Source: Plasmodiophora brassicae
Lineage: Eukaryota
Length of the DNA: 64,000 nucleotides
Reading direction: 5' to 3'
NCBI GenBank assembly: GCA_036867785.1
Contig: CP145423.1
Span: 682,001-746,000, forward strand
Below, one piece after another: positions 20,946-32,869 of this stretch. The notes below the pieces were generated by a model. That model saw nothing but the letters and a program-made list of their open reading frames with translations. It was not told the origin of the DNA and ran no database searches. Positions within the stretch are counted from its first letter, which is position 1. Every line of letters begins with the position of its first letter. A program made the translations under genes and the position numbers.

Positions 20946-23900
20946 TGTCGAACAACGTATCCACTACGACCAGCAGCACATGCCTGCAGCACGTGAACGC
21001 CGTCACGCACTCCGCGACTCCGTGCCCGCCGGCGTTGGCAACCGTTACACCGTCGGCGACTACGTCGCCACTGTAAAGTCCGCCGCACACGCCGTACGTA
21101 ATACATCCACTTCATTATTGTCCTTCTCAGATTAACAGTCGTATAGGCGCAGGCGCTGAGCCTCTACTCGCCATGGCCGAGCGCCAGGCGACGCCTAACA
21201 CGGATGACGACCCGCTGCGTCATCTGTCGCTCGAGGAGATCGACACCCGAATTGCCGAAGCGGAGGCAACGATCGCTAGGCAGGAGAAGATCGACCGTCT
21301 CCGTGTCCTGCAGCAGCAGCTGGCGCGTCCGACCAGCTGTCCATCGACCCCGGCCATGCCGATCATCGCCGAGGCGCACAGCCGAAGCGACGCAGGCCGA
21401 CTGCCCATGCCCAAGTTCGACGGTACTCCCGACTCGTTCACGTCCTGGGTTCAGACAGCTGCACTCTGGTTTCGCAATCGTGGGTACGCGGACGTCATCG
21501 GGATCAACGAAGATGGCTCGCCGACTGCGACAACCGGTACGGCACACGACCCAGCTCTCGAGGCAGCCGCGCGCGAGATTCTACTCGTCCACATGCTGGA
21601 CCACAAGATCGCGTCCGCATTGTCTTTGTTTCAGGCAGGCTCGGCTGCCAAGTGCTGGCGCGTGCTGTTCCAGGCGTACAGCCCGTCGTCGCTGGCATCG
21701 GTCGTGCGCGCCGTCCGCGACCTCGTCACGGTCCAGCACATGCCCGGCGAGTCGGTCGCCACGTACGCCGCCCGAGTTCAAGCAGCGGCTCATCGCGTCC
21801 GGTCGACGGTACCGACCGAGATGCTGTCCCTCACCGACGCATTGGTCGCCGTCCTCATCTTGGCCAACGCATCATCCGATCTCGACGCCGTCGTCGCTGG
21901 CCTGCACAATCGTGCTCTGGACACGCTGCCCAGTGTCTCCGAGGTCGTCGGGTCGTTGACAAGCGAGGAGATCAGGGTCCAAGACGTGCGGGACCGACAC
22001 GACGCGTTCCAAACGGCCAACCGCTCCAGTTGCGCCACATCGACGCGTCCCCGTGGACCACGACGCAACGAGTCCTGCGTCTTCCATCCCGGATCCAAGC
22101 ACACTAACGGCGAATGCACGCTGCAACGACACATCTGGTACCGCGACAGCAACGCGAAAAGCAATACATCCTCACCAACGTCCAACGAGTATCCAACGTC
22201 TGGCGCTCATCCGATCGATCCGGCGCCCGAGCCGATGCGTGCTTTGTCGGCACGCCACGCCATCGACGTGTACGCGAACTCAGTAGGCCTACTGGACTCA
22301 GCGTGTTCCACGACGATGACGCCCCTGCGCCGACATCTCAGCTGCTATCGCCAAGGCACCGGACCGGAAGTTGAGCTAGCCGATCTGTCGCGTACGACCA
22401 CTTCCGGTCGAGGCGTGACGTCATTCGGCATGGATGTCCAGGCGACGAGTATCGATTCGCTGCACGTTCCCCGACTTGGCCAAGCGCTAGTATCAGTTGG
22501 CCAGCTCACCAGATCAGGTCACAAGATCGTGTTCGACGGCGATACCGCGAAGATCTACTCGGGGGCCAACTGGACGGCGCCCGTCGGTCAGCCAGTGGCC
22601 GTCAGTCAACGAGGACACGATAACCTGTACCGGATTCCATTATCCGCTCCAACCTCCGCGCCCGGCACACTTCACTCTGCCCGAGTCTGCTCCTTGATCG
22701 CATCCAGCGTCTCATGCCGCGTCGCTAAGGTCACCGCCGCAGCTCCAGCTGTCTGGCACGCTCGAACCGGCCACCTGGGTTACGGCAACCTGCGCATCCT
22801 GCACAAACGTTGTCGTGGCATGAAGTTCGACGGGCCAATCCCGAGGCCGCAAGATCGATGTCCATGCGCTGCATGTTTACTCGCCAAGGGCAAACGGTCA
22901 TCATTCCCTCCCAGTACGTCGCGCGCGCGTCGTGTTGGCGATCTCGTCCATAGCGATCTGTCCGGACGGTGGCCTGTCGTCGGTGTCGGCGGCTTTGAGT
23001 ACTACCAGACCATGCTGGACGATTCCTCTCGGTACCTGTCCGTCTATCTGCTACGTCGCAAATCGGAGGCGCTCGACGTCATCAAGCACTATGACGCGCG
23101 TCTTCGCAACCAGGAAGGACGTGGTATCCGGACGTTCCAGACCGACGGTGGCGGCGAGTACAACTCCAAGGCGTGCGTCCTGTTCTACAACGAGTCCGGC
23201 ATCCTGCACCGCAAATCTGTCCCGTACACGCCCGAGCAGAACGGCCGCGCTGAAAGCGTCAACCACACGCTCTGCGGTATCGAAAGCTCAATCCGGTGCC
23301 ACTCTCGCATGCCTGACTCCACGTGGCCCTGGTCGCTGTCCTACTCTGCGATACTGTACAACATCCACCCCAGATCAGTCCTTCCCGGGCGTCGCACATC
23401 GTTCGAGGCTGCTCGTCGCGCCCTACCTAACATCTCGGCCCTTCGTGTCTACGGTTGCGATGCCTATGCCATGCGACCGCATCCAGCCACGAAGAAGCCG
23501 AGCAAGTTGGAGCCTCGTCGTGTTCGCGCTGTGTTTATCGGTTTCACGCCCGGCATGAAGGCTTGGCGGTTCTACGACGTGGACCGGGAAGACACGTTCG
23601 AGAGCACGACTGCCGAGTTCCTGGAGACCTCGTTCACATTCGGCTTTGGAAGATCCAGCCCTGCTAGTTCATCATCAGCGCCACCGTCCAGTCCCGAGTC
23701 GAGCTCTGCGCCGAACGTTGACACGATCGTCCCGACGCCCGTCTCTTCCGACGCCGTCATGGCACCTCTACCATCGACGTCAGCATCCTCTCTCGCAGCA
23801 TCCCCTCCCGAGCCTCCGTCACCTGCCGCTGCGTCATCGCCTTCCGAGATCGTCCGACCGTCGCGCTCACCGTCTCCTGATGACGTATCCACCGACGAAG

Positions 23901-25458
23901 ATGATGATGACGCTGAAGATGATCCCGACTACGAAGGTTCGGCGTCCAGCAACGACTCTCCCAACGAAGCTGCCGACCCCGACGTCCACGACAATTCCGA
24001 TGCTGCTGATATCGTTGACCACAATGTCATCGACGTGCCACGCCCTCGCCGATCGAATCGTCGTCGTCAACCGCCTGGTGAATGGTGGAAGGCGCCGGAG
24101 GCGGCCAATCGTTCGTCGACACGGTGGTCCTCGACGGTCGACGCCTGGTTCCAGAATCCGACCCTAACGTTCCCGACACAGCGCCCTCCTCGTCGCTCCC
24201 GCCGACTGATCCGGCATTGGCAGCAGGTTGAGGAGCGCCGTCTGATCGATCAGGCCATCAGGTCCAACCGTCCGACATGTCGCGGCGCAGCTGCCAAGGC
24301 ATGTCGAGCCAAGGTATCCGCCCCGATCGACCCAGCCCGTCTACCACGACCCGACCTGTCGAAGCTGAAAGCGACCGACATTCCCGTACCCAACTCAATG
24401 GCCGATGCCCTCTCATCACCTTTCGCTGGCCACTGGTGGGACGCCGCCGTCACCCAGATGGCAACACTGGACGCCAAGGACACGTTCGGCCCGCTAATCG
24501 ACCTGCCGAAAAGTAAGATCGCTGTTGGCGCCAAGTGGGTGTTCCGAGTGAAGTCCTCGCTCAGTGGCAACGGTGGCATCCGCAAGTTCACCGCCCGACT
24601 CTGTGCTCAGGGCTTCCGACAACGCCCCGGCATCGACTTCGACGATACGTTCGCGCCGACCGCCCGTGCCACTGCGTTCCTCGTTATCCTAGCGCTCGCG
24701 GCGCAGCACGGCCTGCATCTTCGCCAGGTCGACTGGGTGGCCGCATACCTGAACGCCGACATGCTCCATGATGTTTACATTCGTCAGCCGGATGGCTTCA
24801 CCGATCATCACGTCCCGTACCGAGTTCGTCAACTGCAAAAGGCCCTTTATGGAACGAAACAAGGCGCCGAACGTTGGTACAAGACGCTTCGGGAGATGCT
24901 GTTATCACTCGGATTCGAATCGATCATCGCGGACCCCTGCGTCTTCCGGTACGATCGCGATGGAAAGTTCATGATCATGTCGGTGCACACCGACGACGGT
25001 CTGCTGGCGTACAATGACGTCCCGTTCGCGGAATCCGTTCTCGAGAAGCTCTCCACGATGGCCGAGATCACCGATCAAGGTGAACCGTCGACCCTGCTTG
25101 GCATGCGCATCCGACGCGAACCTGGCACCGGCGCCATCACCCTTGACCAAGCCGAGTACATCGAGAAGGTGTTGAGCGACTTCAACATGTCGCATTGTCA
25201 TCCGGTCGACACGCCGCACCAGCCTGGCGTTCACCTATCAACGACAATGAGTCCACAAAGCGACCTCGACCGTGACGAAATGGCGACCAAGCCGTACCTC
25301 AAACTTATTGGCTGCCTGACATGGCTCGCCCATCGATGCCGTCCCGACATCGCGTACATAACGAATGTACTGGCCCAATTCTCCTCGAATCCCGGCATCC
25401 AGCATTGGCGTGCGGGGCAACGCGTTCTTAAGTACCTCGCCGGCACCATGACGCACGG
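20946..25458 (+). mobile_element. Ty1/Copia subfamily 1, 3'-truncated; 5' LTR 20946-21129, PBS 21130-21143
   Basis: LTR matches 41455-41638. RNase H and the 3' LTR are deleted. The host rejoins as PEYS|RIVLP. Confidence 0.92.
21173..25458 (+). CDS. gag-pol: Copia gag-protease-integrase-RT polyprotein (truncated before RNase H)
   Basis: LLDSACS protease, WHARTGH..CAAC, VHSDL/TDGGGEY/PEQNGRAE integrase, KFTARLCAQGF, LQKALYGTKQ, VHTDD RT, in Copia domain order. Confidence 0.92.
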
Positions 25459-28400
25459 GACTGTATTCCGGAATTGATTTACTCATCCACTGCACTGCAT
25501 ATAGGAATTGCTGCAGATCTCTGGCAGTTTTGGGACACTGCATCTGCTGGAGCATTCTGATTCGTTCTGGATCGTGGGATACCCCTTCTGGCGTGAAAAT
25601 GCGTCCAGCGAATTTCACCTTCCTCAAGAAGAAGTCACATTTATCCAGGTTGAACTTCAGATTGTGTTTCTCTGCCAACCGCAATGTGTAATCTAACACC
25701 CTGAACCATTCTTGTTCAGTTGTGGCATGCCCCAGAATGTCGTCTATCCAGATGATGAGTGCCTTCATCAGTAATTCACCGAATATTTCTGCCATCCTGG
25801 CCTGAAACTGTGGCGATGAATTCAATCCTCCTTGGATTGTTCTGGTTGGTGTGAATACTCCTCTGTCCGTTGCGAACGAGAACATTTCCTGACATTCTTT
25901 TGCTAGCGGCATAAGCCAAAAGCCCTTAAATGCATCCAAAGAGAACCAGTACTTGGACCCTGCCAAGTGTTGTACAATGGCTTCCAGGAATGGCATTGGC
26001 CATGCAGTTGCTTCACACCACTTGTTGACCTCTCTTAGATCAACGCACATTCTCCATCCTCTGTTGCCGGGTTTTCGAACAACCACCACTGGTGAGGCCC
26101 ACTCACTATTGTGGTTTTCGTACACTAACCCATATTTCTTCAACAGTGATACGAACTGTGCCAGGAACTCACTTTGTTCCTTGCTGTACCTCCGCGCCTT
26201 ACACCGATACGGTCGGGCTCCCTGCCTCAACCGTGTTCGACAAGGTGTGACCTTGACTGGCGGATCTGGTCCCAGCTTCGTTCTCCAGACATTCCATCTC
26301 TTGAAGGCCAACCTTCGGAGTCTTCTCTTCCACTTGCGTGGCAACCCCTGTTTCATTGCTCGAGCGATTGCGTTGTCTATGCCTTCTCGAATGTCCTTTG
26401 GGACGTCTTCGCCAATTGCGACATCGTCCTCTTCCTGATCCAATATGTACTCATCGCCGTCACCGCATGACGAGTCTCGATTCATACTTGCAATCAGGTA
26501 TTCTAACGCCGTTCTCGGGTCTATCCCTAGTTCTTCTAGGAGGTCTTGACCCAAGTAGATTTCCTTCACGTACTCCATGTCCCATACGAGACATGTGTGC
26601 TTGCGGATCTGCAGCTCCCCAGCACGCGTATGTAAGAGGATGTCCACTTGGATCTCGTGGGTGGCCTGTCCCACTGCTTCCTTACTATCCGCCAGAATCA
26701 ACTTCACTGGTTTCTCCAGTGCTGTCATTTTGGTGTTTGGATGCATCCTGCATAACCTCTTGGCTATTGCCATTGGTATCAGTGTTCTGATGGCTGGCCG
26801 CGGCTCATCCAGCGCTGATAGCGTGACATTGATCTGGTTGTTGGCGCCCTGTGCATATCCAGCCTCAATGTCTGCTGCAAGTTGTCTTAACTTACAGACT
26901 TGGGAGTTCAATGTGCTCGTGCCTCTATCTGCGTTTGCAGCTTGCTCGCCCCTCACCTGTTGCATGCTAGGTTGTGGGTGTTCGGCGGCTTCTTCTGCAT
27001 CCCCAGCGCACTCGCGACTCCATTCCCCTCTGCCTTCCATTGGTTGTTCACCCGTGTATGGCGCACTGTCAATGTAGCCGGCATTCTTCTGGGATTTATT
27101 CGAGCGCTTTGATTTCATCTTCTCGAAGGTTTTGGTCTTCTGTTCTTCAGTTGCCTTCGAGCAGTCTCTCAGCGTGTGCGGACCGCTGCAGAACCAGCAC
27201 TTCGGTTTGCGTTCTGCATCGTCCGACTTTTGCCTCTTCTGGTCGGCACGTCCTTCCGGATCTTCCGTGTTGGCACTGCCGTCGTTCTTCAGACGTCTCT
27301 TGCCTCCGCTCCCTTTTTTGAGCGGCGGGACCGTATCGTCCTTCTTGAACGGTTTGGTCTTGTTCGCCTCCTTGGCAGCCACCATCTGCTGATAGTGCCG
27401 TACCTCGTCGAACATAATGGCTTTCTCCTCAATGAGCTTGAGCAGGCTGCGTGTATCAGTCCTAAGCTCCTTCATGGAGGTTTCTGACAGTTCGGTGACG
27501 GCCGCCCTAAGCTCATCTGGCCATATGCCGCGAAGCAGCAATTTGGCCTTGAGCTTCTGGCCCTGTACACCTTCGAACATGTTCTGGCAGGCGTGCTCTT
27601 TCACCAGTCTTGCGAACTGGGCTCCGTAGTCGGCCACTCGTGCTGCCGCCGCCGGGATGCTCTTCTTCATCCGCATGTCCCGGAACGTGTCGACGAACTT
27701 GGCACCCCTCTTGGGTGTTGCGGTCGTCATTCTCCGTTCCAGCAGGCCTAGCAACACGTCGTCCGGGATGTCATCAGTCGTGTAGACTTTGTCGATTTCG
27801 TCCAGCGTCATGAGTGAAGCCAGTAGGTGCTCGTCCACCATTGTTCGGACTCTGGCCTCGACATCGTGTAATCCGGTATAGCTTATACTGGGCAAACCAC
27901 TTCACCAGTGCAGCTTGTCCTGCCGACGTGAGTTTCGGTTTCCGGTTGTCCTCATCCTTCTGAACGAGGTTCCTCAGGCGGACCATCTCGGTCCTCGTGG
28001 ACGCGCTCTTCTGTGTCTGCGGCTTCAATGGTGGTTGCGGGCTGTTGTCTTGCGACTCGATTTCCTCCACCATTGTCACCGCCTCCTCGCGCTGCATCCA
28101 TCCCAGGTCGGCTTCCATCTTGTCAGACGTTCTCCTCTGGTGCGTTGTGGATTGTTCTCGTGTTCAGATGCTAGCCTCATGTTTGTGCTATTGCAGAATG
28201 AACACTCCGTTTCCACTTCCGCGATCCTGAGGCTGCGTCACGCCGTTTTGCCTGGAACGTGATTCACGGGCGTCTCTCTTCTTGGTTCAGCCGGTAGTGA
28301 TCACTGTGACGTCCTTCAAGCTTCGAGACGTTCGCGGTGAGAAGCTAACTGAGCTCCCTGGCTGTCTGCTGATAGCCTCTCAGTCTATGACGTCAACTGT

Positions 28401-28612
28401 CTCTCTCTGGTGACTATTGTCAGTCTGGTTTATTTCGGGCCGTCTGGCCTCACTGTGACGACAGAGCAAGATGTGTCAACCACACGGATTGACCGACTGA
28501 GGTCGGTCCAACGCCGTGGACGTTTATTGTAGTAGTGCGCTGCGGAGGAGCCCAATTAGGTGCCGGCTGAGTCGCCAAGACAGCGACTCGACCGTGACAT
28601 AATAGTCCCCTT

Positions 28613-31600
28613 TTACGGGCGTCGAAGACGGGGTCCGGGCTTGTCTGGGTACCGAGCGTGGAATGCCGCGAGCAGGCGATCGAATCCGCCGGTGCCCTGC
28701 AAGTTGGAGGCGGGTTCCCAGGTGCGCTCGGATGCAGGGTAGCCTTCCCAGTCGATATAATACTGCAGCTTACCAGCACGATATCGAGAGTCCAGGACCT
28801 CCTTCACGATGAACAGCGGTTGGTCGTCGTCGTCGAGCAGAATCGGGGGTGGCGGAGGCTGCACACGATGGGGTATCACGTTCGGGACGTACGGTTCCAG
28901 TTGGGATGCGTGGAAGACGTTGTGGATGCGGAAGGATGCCGGGAGCAGGAGTTCGTAGGCGACCGGATTAACGATGCGACTAACTTCGAAAGGCCCGAGC
29001 ATTTGGACATCCAGCTTACCGCATGGCCGGCCAGTCGCAATTGCCCCTCGACGGAGCATGACCAACTCCCCGATCTTGAAGTCGGGATGAGGTCGGCGTT
29101 TCCGATCCGCAGCTCGTTTCATGGTGCTGACAGCACGATGCAGTTGGCGGTGTAGGTAACGGCGAATGGCCGTCAAGTTCTCCACGCGTTCATCGGCAGA
29201 GGGATTGGAGCTACCGTGTTTGCAAGGACGAGGGTCGCGTAGCTGAGGGTGGTAGCCGTAGTTCGCGAAGAAGGGAGACATTCCAGTGGACGAATGGTCG
29301 ACGTTATTGTAAGAGAATTCGGCCAGCGGCAATAAGGGCTCCCAGTCGTCTTGCAGGTAGCACACATAACAGCGAAGGTATTGCTCTAATATCTGGTTGA
29401 CGCGCTCGGTCTGGCCATCAGATTCGGGATGGCGGGATGATGACAGATGGCGTTCAACGCCGAGACGGCATAGGAGGTGCTTCCAGAACAACGATACGAA
29501 CTGGGGTCCGCGATCCGAGACAATGTCGTCGGGCAGGCCATGCAGACGGAACACGTTCTGAAGAAACAGATCGGCAAGCTGATCCGCGGAAATGGATTCT
29601 CGACACGCCACAAAGTGGGCCATCTTCGAATAACGGTCGACCACGACCAGTACAGAGTCATAGCCACGGGAGGAGGGGAGCTTGACGATAAAGTCCATTG
29701 AGATGGAGGACCAGAGAGCGGTTGGAATTGGTAGCGGAAGTAGCAGGCCGGATGGTCGATGGCGAGGAGGTTTGACGCGGCGACACGTGTCACAGGTCGC
29801 CACGTAACCCTTGATGAACGAGGACATCTTGGGCCACCAGAACTCGCGCTTGACGAGCTGCAATGTCTTGCGAACCCCAAAATGACCGGCGGTAACGTTG
29901 TCGTGAAGGCTGTGCAGAACTTCCAGCTTGCGGGCCTCACCAGCGACGACGAGAGCGGTTCCGTTGTATAAGAGACCATCGGCAACGCGGAAACGTCGTC
30001 CACGAGGCCCGTCCAGCGATAATAACGTTTTCTGGACGAAGGGGTCATCGGCTTGTTCGCGACGAATACGTTCGACAAGGGAGATGCCTGATGTACCGGT
30101 CTGGAGAAAGAGAATAGCTGGGTCCGGGCGGAAGAAGCGATGCGGTGGAAGCAGCTGTTGAGACATTGCTAGAATTTCTTCGTCGCCAGGCGAAGGTTGG
30201 TATTCCGGACGACGAGTGAGGGCGTCCGGCTTCCCATGAAGTCGCCCCGGACGATGATGAATCACGAAATCGAATTCGCTAAGCAGTTGAGACCAGCGAA
30301 CCTGACGTCTGTTTAACTTGTGGGTAGACATGAAGTGGACGAGGTTACGATGGTCGCTATGCACGACCGTTTGGTGCTGATCTGAGTCGAGGAACTGCCG
30401 CCACTTAGTGAACGCTTCCACAACCGCCAGGAGTTCCTTGTCGTAAATGGGATAGCTAATCTCGGCAGCAATCAGCTTCCGCGAGAAGTAGGCGATCGGG
30501 TGCAACTCCCCATCTGCGCCGCCCTTTTGCGAAAGGACCATAGCGATGGCAAAGTCTGAGGCGTCGGTCTCGACATCACACGGTTGATGAGGATCGAAAT
30601 GGCCCAAGACAGGTGCCGATGTGAACCCAACTTTCAGAGAGCCGAATGCAGCTTGAGCGTCAGCATCCCAGATAAAGGCGACACCGTCACGCGTCAGGTT
30701 TGTGAGTGGTAGAGCAATTTCCGCGAAGTGAGGAATAAATTTGCGATAAAAATTGGCGAATCCCAAGAATACTTGGAGACCATGGATATCTCGTGGCGGT
30801 TGCCAAGACAGGATAGTGTCGATACGGGCAGGGTCGAGGCGCAGTCCGTCTCGAGAAACGAGGTAGCCGAGAAACTCGACCTCCTTGGCGCCGAAAACAC
30901 ACTTCTCCATATTAGCGGTAAGACTGCTAGCCCGAAGTCGTTCCAGGACGAGGCGCACATGGTGTTCGTGGTCGGCGACGTTCGCAGAAAAAATAAGGAT
31001 GTCGTCCAGATATACGACAACGAACTGGTCGAGGTAATCCTTGAACATATCATTCATGAACGACTGGAACGAAGCCGGTGCGTTTGCGAGGCCAAACGGC
31101 ATAACCAAATATTCGAAGAGTCCATACGGGGTGCGAAACGCCGTCTTCCACTCGTCCCCTTCGCGGATACGAATTTGATTATACGCGCTGCGCAGGTCGA
31201 TTTTCGTGAAGATCGTGGCCCGACTAAGGTTGGCAAGAAGTTGGTCAATAAGAGGCAGTGGATACCGGTTCTTGATCGTGGCAGAATTTAGGCCGCGATA
31301 ATCGACACAAAGTCGCAGCGAGCCGTCTTTCTTGCGTACAAACAGAATGGGCGCACCGGCCGAAGAACGGGAAGGACGAATGAAATTCGACTTTAAATTG
31401 GCTTCCAGATACTGCTTGAGGGCCACCTGCTCTCGTTGGGAAAGACCATATAACCGACAAAATGGTGGCTCCTTGCCGGGCTTAAGATCGATGGGGCAAT
31501 CGGAAGCGCGGTGAGGAGGCAGGCACGCCGGGCTGCCAGTGGCGAACACGTCCGAGAACTCGCGATAGGCGTCAGGAAGCGCAGGCCCGGAGACTGAGTC

Positions 31601-32869
31601 CGAGTCGAGTTCGGTCCAAGTATAATGCAGAAGGTAACAAGCTGCGTCGTCAACGATAGCATCCAGAAACGGCTCAGCGCTGATGAACGCAATCGAGGTT
31701 GATGACCCCGGGTCACCGTCTGGTGAGACCAGGGGCGTAAGGAAGGACTCGTCGGCGGCGTTCGAGATCAGGGGCTCCGCAGAGGCGCCGGAAGGGAGCC
31801 GCGTGAATGGAAGATAAGTCCACCCAAGGACCCAGGCCAGGGCGACCAAGGATGCAGTCATCAAAAGATTAATAATGTGGCGACCACGAAGCCCGCCAGA
31901 GGGGCGAGGCGGCGAGAGGCGTTGTCCCGCCCCTCGACGGACGGGTCCACGGTGCCGGACGCACGACGGCTCGGGGCCCGAGGGGAACGATGATAACGGA
32001 TCGTTGTGGCACGCTGCCACAGTAGCAGCGGCAGCGACCTCGGAGAGGCAGGCATGCGCGAGGGCGGGAGAGCTAGAGCTGTCGACAACAGCAGCAGGCG
32101 GTTCACTGTGACCGGCGGCCACCGTATCAGTGACAGCGACCTCCGAGAGGCAATCGGGAGCGATGACGGAAGCGCTAGAGCTATCGACGCCCGCAGCCGG
32201 GACGGTCCCGAACTCGGAGTAATCGTCGTCGTCCTCGTCGTCAGAAGCCAACTCAGGGAGGGCAATTACCTCCACCTCGGCTACCTCAGATGCTGAGGCA
32301 GTCGGCAATGTTTCGACTGATGCCGCCGAATCAACTGCATGCGTAGACGCAGGGAGGTCTCCTGCCGGGATGGAGATCCCCGCGATGCGAGGGCCGCGAT
32401 GCTGGAGACGGTGGCTCCGCCAATCGATGTCAGGGTTTGTATCCGCCAACCACGGCAGGCCGAGGATGACAGGATGCTGCGGCGAATGGATCATGTTCAG
32501 GACGACGTCACTGTCGAAACATTCGTCGACGGTGATTCGTAGCGGGGCGGTTTCCTGAGTAATTGGGGCCAGATGACGGCCGTCAATGACGCGAACCGGA
32601 ATAGCACGCGATTTGGCGCGAACAGGCACTTCGTGATGACGACAGAACGACCAGTCGATAAAATTGGACGTCGCGCCACAGTCTAACAAGGCGAGCGTAC
32701 TGACGCGACGTGAGCCGATAACGAGACAGACCGGTACCAATAGATGTGGTATAGATGTAGCCGACGTAAAGAATAAATCCGTAACATGAAGAAAGTCGGG
32801 TTCGGAACCAAAAGAAATGTTTACTGGGCGACTGGGGAACCCGTTCACAGACGCCCGGGCACATTTCCC
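28613..32869 (-). CDS. pol: T1 pol (protease, spacer, YLDD RT, RNase H, integrase, chromodomain), expressed by predicted -1 frameshift
   Basis: LLDCGATSNF, VVYLDDILIF, ETDASDFA, SDRGPQF, DGQTERVNQ, YYIDWEGYPASERTWEP. Confidence 0.93.
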   Translation of the reverse strand, partial: GKCARASVNGFPSRPVNISFGSEPDFLHVTDLFFTSATSIPHLLVPVCLVIGSRRVSTLALLDCGATSNFIDWSFCRHHEVPVRAKSRAIPVRVIDGRHLAPITQETAPLRITVDECFDSDVVLNMIHSPQHPVILGLPWLADTNPDIDWRSHRLQHRGPRIAGISIPAGDLPASTHAVDSAASVETLPTASASEVAEVEVIALPELASDDEDDDDYSEFGTVPAAGVDSSSASVIAPDCLSEVAVTDTVAAGHSEPPAAVVDSSSSPALAHACLSEVAAAATVAACHNDPLSSFPSGPEPSCVRHRGPVRRGAGQRLSPPRPSGGLRGRHIINLLMTASLVALAWVLGWTYLPFTRLPSGASAEPLISNAADESFLTPLVSPDGDPGSSTSIAFISAEPFLDAIVDDAACYLLHYTWTELDSDSVSGPALPDAYREFSDVFATGSPACLPPHRASDCPIDLKPGKEPPFCRLYGLSQREQVALKQYLEANLKSNFIRPSRSSAGAPILFVRKKDGSLRLCVDYRGLNSATIKNRYPLPLIDQLLANLSRATIFTKIDLRSAYNQIRIREGDEWKTAFRTPYGLFEYLVMPFGLANAPASFQSFMNDMFKDYLDQFVVVYLDDILIFSANVADHEHHVRLVLERLRASSLTANMEKCVFGAKEVEFLGYLVSRDGLRLDPARIDTILSWQPPRDIHGLQVFLGFANFYRKFIPHFAEIALPLTNLTRDGVAFIWDADAQAAFGSLKVGFTSAPVLGHFDPHQPCDVETDASDFAIAMVLSQKGGADGELHPIAYFSRKLIAAEISYPIYDKELLAVVEAFTKWRQFLDSDQHQTVVHSDHRNLVHFMSTHKLNRRQVRWSQLLSEFDFVIHHRPGRLHGKPDALTRRPEYQPSPGDEEILAMSQQLLPPHRFFRPDPAILFLQTGTSGISLVERIRREQADDPFVQKTLLSLDGPRGRRFRVADGLLYNGTALVVAGEARKLEVLHSLHDNVTAGHFGVRKTLQLVKREFWWPKMSSFIKGYVATCDTCRRVKPPRHRPSGLLLPLPIPTALWSSISMDFIVKLPSSRGYDSVLVVVDRYSKMAHFVACRESISADQLADLFLQNVFRLHGLPDDIVSDRGPQFVSLFWKHLLCRLGVERHLSSSRHPESDGQTERVNQILEQYLRCYVCYLQDDWEPLLPLAEFSYNNVDHSSTGMSPFFANYGYHPQLRDPRPCKHGSSNPSADERVENLTAIRRYLHRQLHRAVSTMKRAADRKRRPHPDFKIGELVMLRRGAIATGRPCGKLDVQMLGPFEVSRIVNPVAYELLLPASFRIHNVFHASQLEPYVPNVIPHRVQPPPPPILLDDDDQPLFIVKEVLDSRYRAGKLQYYIDWEGYPASERTWEPASNLQGTGGFDRLLAAFHARYPDKPGPRLRRP

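Larger units (their letters stand above)
18380..28120 (-). pseudogene. gag-pol: Element B gag-pol (gag, RT WIDD, RNase H, integrase, chromodomain), frameshifted and interrupted
   Basis: ORFs 27774-28118, 25238-27895, 20215-21090, 18756-20126 and 18380-18790 (IRWRGFSDEESTWEP). Interrupted by a Copia and by the 70-bp palindrome. Confidence 0.88.

Noticed and set aside
31806-31880. env gene
   Set aside because: The hydrophobic segment is inside pol between protease and RT. There is no separate ORF after integrase.
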